Shown piece after piece: positions 32,885 to 45,000 of a stretch of 64,000 bases of DNA. Source of the stretch: Epithemia pelagica (Eukaryota > Protista > Bacillariophyta); NCBI GenBank assembly GCA_946965045.2, contig OX337231.1:3596001-3660000 (forward strand). The letters run 5' to 3'. A model generated the notes under the pieces. It was not told the DNA's origin. It saw nothing but the letters and a program-made list of their open reading frames with translations, and did no database searches. Within the stretch, counting starts at the first letter, position 1; each line of letters starts with the position of its first letter. Position numbers and translations under genes: made by a program.

Positions 32885-34531
32885 TTATTCAATGCCCACT
32901 TGTTGCAACAAGTCCATCCGTTCTGGATTCATGTCTCGTTTGCGCAGCAACGCTCGTTGTCGTTTGATCCATTCGCTCAAGGCGATATTCTCGGCACCCA
33001 GGTGGGAAATTCGAACATGACCATGGCGGTTTCGGTAGGCCACCAATTTCTCATAGTGGTGCATCCAACTGTCTTGATTGGGTTCCAAGACGAGGCCAAT
33101 CTCGTGCAATTTGCGCAACCGTTCATCCGTCAAGCGAGGAGGTTTCAACTTTGCAGCCTTGTCGTCCGTTTGTTGTTGCTGGCGTTCTTGTTGAACTCGT
33201 TGCTTGTAAAATCGTCGTTGTTCATGGACCCACGTGGCCAATTCCAAATCTTGAGTAATTGTGGGAACACTGCCCCGTCCATGACGTTGCATATAGGCCA
33301 TCATGTTTTCATAATGCTGGTTCCAGGCCTGTTCGTTTGGATCCCATTCAAACTTAATTTGTTCCAATTGTCGAATCCGCCATTTCGACAAGCGATAGTG
33401 ATTGTTGGAATAGGGTTCCGATTCGTCCTCATCGCTGGCAGCCGTTTGGGGTTTGGACTGTTCTTGTTCTTGATGATACTGATATTTTTGATAAATTTTG
33501 CGTTGGGTGCAGACCCAGGCGCCCAGGGCCTCATTCGGTGCATAGTGTTTGGGGACGAGGCAATTGCCATGCTCCTTCTTGTAGGCCACCAGTTCTCGAA
33601 ATTTTTGCTTCCATCGACCATCAAAGATATCCATTTCAAAGTCCAATCGATCCAACATGTTGGCGTGTTGTTTGGTCATGGCCGGGCCACTCGAACGATT
33701 CGCCGGTTTCTTGTCCAACATCAAGTTTCGATACAATCGCCGTTGAGTCTGGACCCACTTTGCCAATTCGGGATTCTCGGCATACGAAGCAGGCACCATG
33801 CAATCTCCATGTTGTTGAGAATATTCCTCCAATTCCATGTATCGATGAAACCATTCGTCATCAAAGACGCGCCAGGGAATCTTGAGATGGTCCAACTTTT
33901 CTTGACGCTCCAACGTCATGGTCGCTTTGCGTTTGCCTTCTTTCCAATCACGAAAGTCTGTTTTTTGTTGCTGCAACCACGGTTTGAGAGTCGGATGGTC
34001 CTTCCAAATGACTTCCAGATTGACCGATTTGCGTTTTCCGGCTGCTTGTTGTTTCACACACTGGGCCAGTGTCTCGTATTGTCGACTCCATTCCGTCTCG
34101 TCCTTCGTGTCCTTTGTTGGCGTGGTCTCGGTCGTTTTCGCTCGTTGGGTCGTCTTCTTCTTCTTGGTGGGGGTGTCGGGCTCGCCGGTTGTATCGGAAG
34201 AAGAAGAAGAAAAGTGCGATACTGCCGTCAATGCCACTCCCTTTTGTGGCCGCAATGGGGACAAGTGCAGTGTTGGAACGATTTTCCCATGGTCGTCGAA
34301 CCATGTTTGCGGATTCCACCATGGAGTTTGACACCAGGATTTGAGGTGATTTCGTCTTGCCGCAGCAGCAGCGGTGCTGGTCGACCAGAGTCTTCTTTGT
34401 AGAATGGTCACGAATGGGAGGATTCTTTTACATGGAATGGCCCTGGTTGTGGTGATAGTACTAGTCCATACGCAGAGCGTCCCTTGTCGTGGACGGGGGA
34501 GTGGCCAACGTTTGGGTAGCATGTTCGTCAT
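32885..34531 (-). CDS. Stand-alone HA-repeat protein HA4 (more diverged), five repeats, mitochondrial-type leader
   Basis: WFHRYMELEEYSQQHGDCMVP, WKQKFRELVAYKKEHGNCLVP, WNQHYENMMAYMQRHG, WMHHYEKLVAYRNRHGHV. Leader MTNMLPKRWPLPRPRQ...LQRRLWSTSTAAAA. Start at 34531 is inferred. Confidence 0.88.
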   Translation of the reverse strand: MTNMLPKRWPLPRPRQGTLCVWTSTITTTRAIPCKRILPFVTILQRRLWSTSTAAAAARRNHLKSWCQTPWWNPQTWFDDHGKIVPTLHLSPLRPQKGVALTAVSHFSSSSSDTTGEPDTPTKKKKTTQRAKTTETTPTKDTKDETEWSRQYETLAQCVKQQAAGKRKSVNLEVIWKDHPTLKPWLQQQKTDFRDWKEGKRKATMTLERQEKLDHLKIPWRVFDDEWFHRYMELEEYSQQHGDCMVPASYAENPELAKWVQTQRRLYRNLMLDKKPANRSSGPAMTKQHANMLDRLDFEMDIFDGRWKQKFRELVAYKKEHGNCLVPKHYAPNEALGAWVCTQRKIYQKYQYHQEQEQSKPQTAASDEDESEPYSNNHYRLSKWRIRQLEQIKFEWDPNEQAWNQHYENMMAYMQRHGRGSVPTITQDLELATWVHEQRRFYKQRVQQERQQQQTDDKAAKLKPPRLTDERLRKLHEIGLVLEPNQDSWMHHYEKLVAYRNRHGHVRISHLGAENIALSEWIKRQRALLRKRDMNPERMDLLQQVGIE

Positions 34532-35040
34532 GGTGTTGGATCCACAGAAATCGACACCCGATCCAAAAAAAGGTCCAACCAAGAACTTTGACGCACTGAT
34601 ACAAGAGGATCTGGAACACACCGAGACTTCACGTATCAAAGGCCAGAGAGAGAAATTGCCACTACGACAACGACAGCGTTTCAGGCGTGTTGGAGATGGT
34701 CCTCGTCGGCCGCACACAGAATGTCCATTGCCGTTTTGCAGGAAATCGCAAAGATCTCTCTCAAGAAAAATTCTTTGGTGATTATGTCGCAGCCACAGTA
34801 TATGAGTACCGGTTGGCGAGTTGACCGACATTCCAAACAGCGAAGTTGCGACATCGCTCACATTTTGTCAAGAATCGGCATTAGTGATTTTTGTGAGCAA
34901 ACGGAGACTCCTCAAGCGTTGTCTGCGCAGAGAGAGAACGAGCAAGGGTGGAACGAGTTGGAGCGCTTCGGTATAGGAAGCAAGAACTAGCAACGCAATC
35001 CACAGGCTATAGCACCAAGCAAGAAGAACTGCGCTCAACG

Positions 35041-36222
35041 ATGGCGAACCAAGAAGTATTGGAGGACGAACCATCGTGGAGCAGCCACAACAGCAACAGC
35101 AACAGCAGCAACGTCTATCATTTGGCACCCGACCAGCCAACCCAAACAGACTCGGTGCCACACATCCTTGCATCGAAACCGAATGAGCATACGGTAGGAA
35201 CGCCCTCCAAGTCACCATCACCAACAGGCGAATCGCCGCACGGCATGGAATCCTATTTATTACTGGGTCCACCACCACCACCATCACTCCCCACAAAAGG
35301 CCACCATGCCAATCCGTTTCGCGTCTATTACAAAACGTGCCATTCTCTCTGCGGTAGTGTCGTGACCAGTCCCTGGTTTCAACACTTTATTTTGGCGCTC
35401 ATTACCATCAATTCCATCTTGACCGCCTTGCAAACATACGAGTTTGTCCAAGACAATCTCCTCTGGCAACAACGATTGGATCAAGTCGATACCATATTAT
35501 TGATTCTGTTTACCGTCGAACTGGTCTTGCATCTCTTTTATTATGGATTTATCACCTTTTTGTCCAATGCCTGGTTGGTCTTTGATTTGTTGATTGTCAC
35601 CGTCTCGTGGGCCTGTGCCGCCTTGACCATCATGCGATCCTTTCGCATTGTCCGGACCGTTCGATTCATGACCCATGTCCGAGAAATTCAACAATTGGTC
35701 GAAGCCCTGTGGAATGTCGTGCCGCGCATGTTTGCCATTTTTACCTTTTTGTTACTCGTCTACTTTGTCTTTGCCGTCTTGTTGACCGACTTGTTTCAAA
35801 CGGCCTACCAAGATGGCATTACCAGCGAGGATCACTTTTCGCGATTGGACGTGACGGCCTTTACCTTGTTGCAATTCATGTTTTTGGACGATTGGAGTGG
35901 GTTGACCAAGGAATTAATGGTGGCCCATCCCTGGGCCTGGATCCCCATTTTGGCCTTTATCATTCTCTGTACCTTTATTGTTGTCAATCTCATTATTGCC
36001 GTCATTTGCGATGCGGTACAAGCCTTGCAAACGGATGAAATGGCCACGCACTTGAAGCACTTGCAAACGGTCACGATTCAAGCCATTCAACAGGCTCATG
36101 CCCAGGATCAAGACGAACGACGACAACTCGAAATCAAGGTCAATCAACTCTTGCAACTCTTGCAACAACAACAACAACAACAATCGCAACAACCACAACC
36201 ACAACCGCGACCACAACAGTAA
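35041..36222 (+). CDS. Single-domain voltage-gated cation channel (BacNav-like / EukCatA-type)
   Basis: Six TM segments, S4 IMRSFRIVRTVRF, pore TLLQFMFLDDWSGL, S6 FIVVNLIIAVICDAV, C-terminal coiled coil. Intronless. Confidence 0.9.
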   Translation: MANQEVLEDEPSWSSHNSNSNSSNVYHLAPDQPTQTDSVPHILASKPNEHTVGTPSKSPSPTGESPHGMESYLLLGPPPPPSLPTKGHHANPFRVYYKTCHSLCGSVVTSPWFQHFILALITINSILTALQTYEFVQDNLLWQQRLDQVDTILLILFTVELVLHLFYYGFITFLSNAWLVFDLLIVTVSWACAALTIMRSFRIVRTVRFMTHVREIQQLVEALWNVVPRMFAIFTFLLLVYFVFAVLLTDLFQTAYQDGITSEDHFSRLDVTAFTLLQFMFLDDWSGLTKELMVAHPWAWIPILAFIILCTFIVVNLIIAVICDAVQALQTDEMATHLKHLQTVTIQAIQQAHAQDQDERRQLEIKVNQLLQLLQQQQQQQSQQPQPQPRPQQ

Positions 36223-36664
36223 TCACCACCACCAGCACAATCGCAAGCAACTCAACCACCAGGCATTCCGCCAGCATCCTCCAACAACAACAACAATAAT
36301 AATAATCTGTAGGAGAAACAACGCAACGATCTGTACGAGAAACAACAACAACATGTTGACGAAACATTGGTGCAAAACACGAAATGCTCTAGAGGACACC
36401 AGCAGTCCCGTCCATACTTTTGTGGAGAACGTGTATCCTGCACCAACCAAACACATACGTTTGTGGATCATACTAGGGTATATCTCTACATTGTAGTCTC
36501 TCTAGTATTCAAACACAGTCAACTACATAGGAAAAGACAACCGAGTTGGCGTCCACAAGGACACTCTCTCAAACTCCAGACCTTGCGACAGAATAGGCTG
36601 AGGCTTTCTGGAAACTCGCATGGTTCCATAGTGTCTGTGGAGTGCTTCAATGCCAGTCTATGTG

Positions 36665-39600
36665 TTATGCCTTGTCCTTGGACCGTTGAGGGTTTTGATC
36701 CTTCCACAATTGAATGTTGCGTTTCACCATGTTCATCCATTGGGTCTTCATTTCCCGGTTGGCGTCCTGATTCGGACGAACCCAGCTGGGAAAGACTTGC
36801 TTGTACAGGAACTTACGATCGACACGAGCCCAGTGTTGCCGTAGGGCTGCCGCACTGTCCACTCCGGCGTGGGCCAATGCTGCCACCAATAAGGTAGCCT
36901 TGGGAGAGGGAGTTTTGCGTGTCACTATTGAGGGTGGGTCATTCCAAACGTCGTTCCAATCCTGAAATTCCACCAAGACCTTGCCTTCCAAGAGATATCG
37001 GGCAAACCACCGAAAGGAATCGTCCGACACAAAGTGTTGCGACGTTGCCTTGGGTGTTGCTGTGGTAGAGCTTTGCAACAAGGGATACATTTCGACTTGA
37101 ATGGGGGATATTTCCCAATTGTGATTGCCAAATTTGGTTTGTACACTACAGACCATCTTGTCTTGGTCCTCGTCGTACTTGGGGACGGGTGTTGGCAGCG
37201 GATCTCCCAACTTTAACAACCGACTTCCCTTGGCCAACAAACCCAACCAGGACGGTTCCAGGGGTGTGATTGTTTTGACAGTGGCAATGGGCGTCCCATC
37301 CTTGGCCTTTTTTCGTACCACACTATCAAAGCAAATCCATTTGGGCAGTTGTCGTGGATCTCTCGAATAGACCACGCTGTTCCGGTCCATCCACAGGGGC
37401 TCGGTGAGTTTGGAAGAGCAACTCAAGTAGGCCGATCGGAGACTGGAGGTATACGGACCCGGAGGAATGGATCCCAGTGGAGCCAGCATGGCGACATTGT
37501 CCAACAAACCGGATGCAATGGCTTGACACAACAATTGCTCCTGTACCTTGTTGGGTGGTTTCATGGAACTCAAAAAGCCACCCGTCTTGGCCGCAATGCT
37601 ATTCTCGGCTGCGGTGAGACGTTTCTTGGCCAGACGGGCCAAATGTGTGCGCATCTTTTGAATTCGTGCCATGACAACCGGGTGCAAGCCATGTTCCTCA
37701 CAAAACTTGCGACAGGCCACCTTTTCCGCCATGCCTCCAGCTCCTCGTCCAGCATACGTGTAGGCACCAACGGCCAGGACTCCCGCCAACACATCACCGC
37801 CACGATGCGACCAACCATGACCCTGCTTCTTTTTCTTTGTCGTTTCGTGATTGTCATCAATCTCATCCCCTGGATCGTCCTGGTCCTCGGACGGGCTGGT
37901 TTCTGACTCTCCCTCAGTGCCTTGTTGACCTGAAAGGACAAACGGATTAGACTCGGAAAGGAGGGCCACCATGACAATGGCATAATCCAGAACACCTGCT
38001 TCCGCCGCTACGAGGAGCATTTTCCCATATCGAACACCTAGTGGAAGCTTGGCAACCGCAGCACCAAGCGGGGTGATTTCGCCATCGCCCGTCAAGTGTG
38101 AGGCGGCGGTTGTATTAGCATTGGTATCGACACACCCCAAATTGGCCAATAGCTGAATGGCAGATTCCAACTGATCCTTCCCTGGTGGTGTGGGAAAGGG
38201 AAACTCGGCCACATTGGAAATCCGCATAGCCTTCATGGCCAAGACGACATCTTCCAAGGGACGCGTCAATACCTCGGGCAAGGCAAAGTCATCCATGTGT
38301 CGCCCATACATGGAACTGGAATAGAGACGATAACAATGACCGGGACCTGTCCGACCCGCCCGTCCGGCCCGTTGGTCTGCCGCCGCTTTGGAAATCCACA
38401 TGATATCGTAGGAGGCAATACCAGTGCCTGTGTTGTAATTGCGGCATTTTTGACGCCCCGTGTCAACCACATAGGAAATGCCCGGAATCGTAATACTCTA
38501 AACATGAAACACGCAACAACGACGAGCAGTTTAAATGAAAAAGGAATCGAACAAAGAAGAATACAGTCAGTCAGTGCGTTTTGCAATACCTACCCACGGT
38601 TGCATCAAACAGAGCCACATCAGGAATGAACATACCGTTTCGGCAATGTTGGTCGCCACGACAATGAGTCGATGTCCGTCTGGAACGGGTTCAAAGACTT
38701 TGGCTTGTTCCTCTGTAGACAACATGGAATACAAGGGAAGTATAATGGGTTTCAAGGGAATCGTGCCGTCGTCGTCGCCCTGTGGTTTGGACACTGACAA
38801 CGGGTTGTCTGTTTGGTCAAATGCTTCTTCTTTTTCTTGGTCCGCTGCTGCCGCAAACAGTTCTCCATCGACTTCCTCATCGTCCATATCCCGAAGAAAT
38901 TGGTCGTCCCCGTCTGTCGCTTGTTGTTTCATGATGGAATCCACTTGGGGACGGGTTCGATTGGTTGCACGCCTGCTACTACTAGTACCAAGGAGGGCGG
39001 TTTCCAGCCGTTGTACCATGCGAACAATTTCTTGTTGACCCGTCAAAAAGACGAGAATGCCACCCGGTGGTAATTTGGCATGAATTTTACAAACCTTGGA
39101 AAAGGCCGCATCTTCATACTCGTCCAATACCGTCACCTTGTTGTGATGAACCGTTACGGGAAAAGTTCGTCCGGGAATCTTGAGCACGACGGGTGGTTGA
39201 GGCAATCGGGCGAACAATTTGGGATTGTCGGTAAAATCGGAAACCCGCAAGGTGGCACTCATAATCACCACCTTGAGGGGTGGCAACCAGGACGAGGACT
39301 TGTCACCACTATTCTGTTGTTGGGCCTGTTGTCGACGGAGGGGTATGGTCAGACTGAGCAATCCAATGAGGGCATCGGTATTCAAATTCCGTTCATGGGC
39401 TTCATCAATGCAAATGACGGAATACTGACGCAACAACAAGTCGGACTGAATTTCTTGCAACAAGATTCCATCCGTCATGAATTTGATCCGTGTCGACGGA
39501 CCTAATCCAGCCGTTTCGTATCGGGTTTGGTAGGCGACCAAATTGCCACCAGCCTTCCTGTTGTTGTTAGTACTACTTGTATTGGAAGGAATGGAGTGTC

Positions 39601-41473
39601 CAGTGCCGTGTCCCATTTCATGACAGACGCGTTTGGCCGTGGACACGGCTGCCACACGACGAGGTTGGGTAATCCCAATCATGAATTGTTGTGGTGAGGG
39701 TGTTGTTGTTGTTGCCTCCTCCTCTTTCTCGAAGGAAGTATTGTGGTTGCGGGGGCCGTTGCTGGGTGCTGGTCGCTGTTGCAGGGTAAATCCCGCTTCG
39801 TAGAGAAATTGAGGAACTTGGGTACTCTTTCCGGATCCCGTTTCACCGCAGACAATGGTCACGTCGTGATTCCGAATGGCATCGACGAGTTCAAATTCCA
39901 TGGCGGCCACGGGCAATTCGTACCGTGCCACTTGAAGTGCGGGGGATCGATTCAGTGGCGGAGGAAGGGGCCATGCCGAAGACGAGGAGGTTTTCTGTTG
40001 GTGATTGACCTTGGCAGAATGTGTCCCTGTGGTTGTTGTTGTGGTTGTGGTCGAGAGTGGAATGGGCGTTCCGGGTTGATACGAGGGATGATGGGCAAAG
40101 GCGGCAGCAATGTCTTGTTCCTCGTCGCTGGGTGAATCCTCCTTGTCCTTTTCTTCCGTGGTATCCATTTTGTCTTCATCATGGTCCTTCTTTTCGGTTG
40201 GAGTGGTGATGAGTTTGGGAAGTGATGATTGCTGCAGTGATTGTTGTTTGTGTTGGAGTGCAGAAAAGGAGGCCATCATTTGGGCCGCCACTGACAGTGA
40301 CGACGAGGTTGTGGAATTGTTCTTGTTCTTGTTGGTATCTCGTGATGGTGGCACGGGGTCGGAAGGATTGTCTGTTTTGGATTCCATATCCTCATCATCA
40401 TCGTCGTTGTCCTTGTCGTCCTTGTCGTCGTCCCTTGGATGGGTCCTGTGGGTTTCGGCATTGCGTTGCGAATCCACATGATTTGTTTGGTCCCTAGTGT
40501 CCGTATTGTCCAGTATACGCAAATCCTTGGACTTGGTCGTTGTACCAGGGCCCTGGTCGGTGTGGTTGTGGTTGTGGCTGGATGGTGCGGGGTGCAACTT
40601 TGATGGTTGGTAATCGTCGTCGTCATTGTCTTGTTGTTGTTGTGGACGTGAAGAAGAACAGACGGGGCGTTTGCGTTTGCGACTTGGTTTGTTGTGGTGG
40701 TGGGAGGGCAACGTGTCGGTCGTCGTGCGAGGTGAGGATGGTGGTACGGGTTGCTCGTTCGATTGAGAGTGCGGCTCCATTGTAGTTTTGTCCTCCTTCT
40801 TCTTGTCGTCGTCGTTGTTGTTGTTTTTGTCTGGGAGTGATTTCAGCCCCCGACTCGTTGGATCGTTTTCTACTGTTGTGGTGGTATACAACAAGTCGCG
40901 TTCCTGTGATGTCAAGGCCAGCAATTGTTGCTCCTTGCGGAGCGCCTGTTGGACTTGTTGTTTGACCGTGGGAACTTGTCCCAAGGTGGCCGAGGATTGC
41001 AACAAGTGTCGTTGACTGTTGGTCAAGGTTGCGTGTTGCTGCAATTTCGTATACAAGGCTTGACGTCGTTGCTTTTGCTGTCGTCGATCTTGCAATTGTT
41101 GCAATTTGCGACGCTGTTGTTTTTGCAAGTGACACGCCGCTTGAACTTCGTCGGCCGTCAATTCGATCTCCTTCTTTTTCTGGTGCTTCTTCTTGTCGGG
41201 CAAGACAATCAAGGCATTAGGATCTTGATCGTAGACAGCATTGGACTCTGGATTGTGCGTGTCGTGGTTGGAGTTTGTGGCGTCCTTGTCCTTGTCGTTG
41301 TCGTCGTAGGGTTGTTTCGACGACGACGACGCCACGAGTTGGCGCAATCGCTCGAGTTCTTGTTCTTCCTTCGTGTCGTCGTCATCGTCATTGTCATGGT
41401 TCGTCATGCGACGTTGCGAGACCGACCGGTAGTTGCGAACCGTTTTCGAGGGCAAGGCCTTGGAACGACGCAT
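36665..41473 (-). CDS. DHX37: DEAH-box RNA helicase DHX37/Dhr1, two exons
   Basis: Motifs GETGSGKSTQVPQFLYEAG, TQPRRVAA, MTDGILL, DEAHER, MSATL, LVFLTGQQEI, ATNIAET|SITIPG (intron 38635-38498), QRAGRAGRTGPGHCYRLYSS, plus HA2/OB C-terminal region. Confidence 0.93.
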
Positions 41474-41482
41474 GGTATCTGA

Positions 41483-41530
41483 TGGTTATGGTTATGGTTA
41501 TGGTTATGGTTATGGTTATGGTTATGGTTT
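41483..41530. repeat. Hexamer microsatellite (TGGTTA)7 plus one imperfect unit
   Basis: Read directly; begins 10 nt upstream of the DHX37 ATG. Confidence 0.95.
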
Positions 41531-42094
41531 ATGGATCGATTGGAAGGGGGTTGGATGGAATGAGACAAAGAAAAAAAGTAATGCAATGAATGGCTCTCGA
41601 GTGGTCGCAGAAAGGGTGGTTCTTGGGTCGATCAAAAAGTATCGGTCGCATATATTATGGAGGCTATCCCGTATCCCGTTTTGCCCAACCTCTAAAAAGG
41701 AGAGAGACCATGGGACAACGACTTTTGGAACGACACACACAACAATCTAGAAGAGCGAGAATGATAATCTACAGTAGGAGTGGAAACAGCCAACACGGGC
41801 CAGAACCGAACTATATGAATCGGTGTACACAATCCACAGGAAGTACATAAGGTGATGCAAATCACCCACAGGCGGCAGCAATAACAGACACAGTTCGTTG
41901 GCAATGCAGGACGAGTGTGAAATAGACATTCTGCGATTCTTCTTGTTATTAGTAGTATTGTTATGACGGAAACGGAAATGTGTTGTTATGAGAATGACTG
42001 TATGATCGTGTGAAACAATTCCATCCAAAACACAAAACACGAATGTATCTTTTGTACAAGAGATGGATTTGGTCCAAAACGAAAAGAACCTACA

Positions 42095-45000
42095 CTACCA
42101 TTGCATCCCTTGTCCTTCTTCTTGTTGTTGTTGGCCTTTGGGTGATTGGGGTCCATACAAGAAGGCCGGACTGCGTTGAAGGAGATTCTTTGTCTGCACC
42201 GCCAAAACATGTGGTGGTGGTGGAGGTGGAGGAACCATAGGTCTTTGGAACGGTCCGTTTGTCCCCACCGCCACGACACCAGGAGGAGGGCTGGTCATGG
42301 GTTCCCACAACCCCGCAAAGCGCTGTTCGGCCATGGACAGACAATACACAATGGACTGGAGGGACGACAAGGCGCTAGGACTTGTCTTCATCATTTTGGG
42401 CAAGTCTCCCGTTTCGTGCAAATACTCCACCACAACCGACAAGCCTTGCATGGCCCACGTGGCACTCACGACATCGTCTCGACCCCCACCCACAATGGTT
42501 CCCGTCGTACCACCCTGCACGGCAAATTCCCACAAGACTTGGACCAAGGCCAAAAACACTGTCTTGGTACACACTTGTTCTTGCACAAAGGCCAAGCCCG
42601 ACGAAGCCAAGGCGGCAAGGCAGGCCACGGAGGAACTCAAGGTAAAGACACCGTACTTGTACCCATCTCCGCCCCGTCGATACAAGGTATTGACGAGCAA
42701 CTGGACAATCTTGGGAATGGTGGTTTCAATTTGACGCAACAAGGTATAACTCATCACGTCCTCACTCCATAATGACGTCGATCGACAGGTCAAGAGAATG
42801 GCCATGGCAGCCTTGAGACTTTGATAGGAGTGACCAATTTCCACCAAGGGTGCCAACAGGGACACCACCGTGCCTTGTTGACACAAGAGGGGAACGGCGG
42901 CATCCACTTGGGCCAAATTCAACAAACAGGTAATGGCCCAGGATGGGGTGGGAGTCTTCCATTGCAAGGGATCCGGTCCCGCGTCTTCCAGACTGGCCAA
43001 GATAGGAACCAGAACCCCGGCGTGGATCAAGGACAGGGCATTTTCGGGAGATTCCGCCAAGAGAGCCAGGGCGGCGACGCACTTGTAGGTGGCAGTGTGG
43101 CCCGACTTGTTGTTGTCGTTGTTATTGTCACGTTTGGATTCGGACGACACTGTATTTTCATTCTCCTGTGGTGTGTCTGTGGATGATGCCACATGGACCA
43201 ATACGGGGACCACATCCTGTCGTTGGACCATGGGTTTTTGATTGCGTTTGTCGGCGGCCAAACTCCAGAGAATGGAACCCGCCTTGGATTGAAGTTCCCC
43301 CGACTCGGTTGTCATGAGATGCAGGACTTGGGACACGAGACCCGGATACCGGAACAGCGGACCCTTGATATTGTATCCAATGGCCAAATTGGACAGGACC
43401 GTACAGGCTGCGAGACGCGTTTCTGGGCGAAAGCCATCCTGGGTCGACAGTTCGTGGCCCATTCCATGGTTGGTCGACAAGGGCGATAGAGCGGACTGTG
43501 GCGGAATCGAGAATCCCTTCAAAATAGCCAACAAGGCCGGCAAGACGCCAGGAGTGATAAAAATCTCCTTCTTGTATTGTTTGGAAACGGACAAGTTCAT
43601 GAGTGTCAAACACGCCGAGTGTGCCACAAAGTCCTTGGTCGATGAAAATTCGCTCATCGTGTCCCTAGTGTTGGTCCGTCTCATCAACAAACCAAATTGC
43701 GACGTGGCTTGCCACAAGACATGTCCCAGGATCTGCAACAAGCCTGGAAAGGACGCCAGGGGAACATCGTTGGTGGTGAGAACCGACAAGTTTTTGAGCG
43801 TCGTCAAGGCATGAAGGCACAAGGTTCGATCGTTGGTCGCTTCATTGTCGTCCTTGACCAGGACCACAAGTTCTTTCAAGGTCTCCATCACACTGGTACT
43901 GCGCGCTACTTTCGACTTGGCTTCCGAGGAACCACAACTCAAATTCATGAGAGTCACACAAGCATGGAGCCGGGCTTGTTCCGTCACTTGCGGGTTCGGT
44001 CGTTGGGGAGTCCCACTCCACCATGGTTGTGTCATTCGAGTAGTAGTAGTAGTCGTCGTACTTGTATCGTGGGTTCCACCACGAGCAATCCAAGCCAAGG
44101 CGGAAAGCAATCCCAATTCGGGCGACAACAAAAAGGTATCCATGGCTTGATGACAGGACAAGGTTCGAATGACTTGACAGGCCGTTTCATGGGCCGCCCA
44201 CAGTGGATCCTGTGGGTCACACCCACGATGCGAGGTCAAGGTGGATGCCACCAATTTCAAAATGCCACTCTTATTCGTGGCATAGGGTGTTGTGTGATCG
44301 TAAGAATGATTCTTGTGGTGGTGAATCGTGAACCAATGCAACTGATGGGACGACTTGGCATGTTGGGCCAAGAAGCGCAACATGAGACACACGAGGCGGG
44401 GTGACTGAGTGTCGTAAATGGCTTGTACCATATCATCCAAACAATACTGATAGTGTTGATAGGCCACACGTTCCAAATCGTCATAGGTTGTCAAGGACTC
44501 CCACGAAGATACAACGGCATGTTGCTGCTGCTGCTGTTGTGGAGGATAATACAGCTGGTTACCCCATCGAAATACGGGCAGGGTCCGTGTCGCCGTCGTC
44601 GTCGCTCCGGACAATGGACTGGATGGTTCGGATGCAAAGGAAAAGGAGGGACCCATGGGATCAAAGGTGGACGAGGAAGGAGGAGCGTTGAGAAAGGGCA
44701 AGAGGTTGCGTTTGCAAGATTCCTTGTCCTTCTTATCTGGACCATCTGCCTCTGCTGCATTCGTATCAGTGTCTTCTTCATCAAAGGCTTGACTCCGTGA
44801 AATGACCCAATCCTCCTGGTCCGACTCATCATCCTCTGGATTCTCCTCGTTCTCGACAGTATTGTCACTATCAATGGACACATCCTCTTGATTCTCCTCG
44901 TTCTCGTCGTCGTCATCATTGTCACCATCAATGGAAACATCCTCCTCCTCCAACAAGGAATCATCGTCCGAATGATTCATGGTGGTATTCGCACCTCGAG

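Noticed and set aside
32900-34402. 500-aa plus-strand ORF
   Set aside because: Antisense shadow of HA4, with no motifs of its own.
23156-34531. Annotating the HA genes as helicases
   Set aside because: No Walker A/B or other SF2 motifs; only the helicase-associated repeats are present.
41483-41530. True telomere or chromosome end
   Set aside because: Short, internal, flanked by genes, and the unit differs from TTAGGG.
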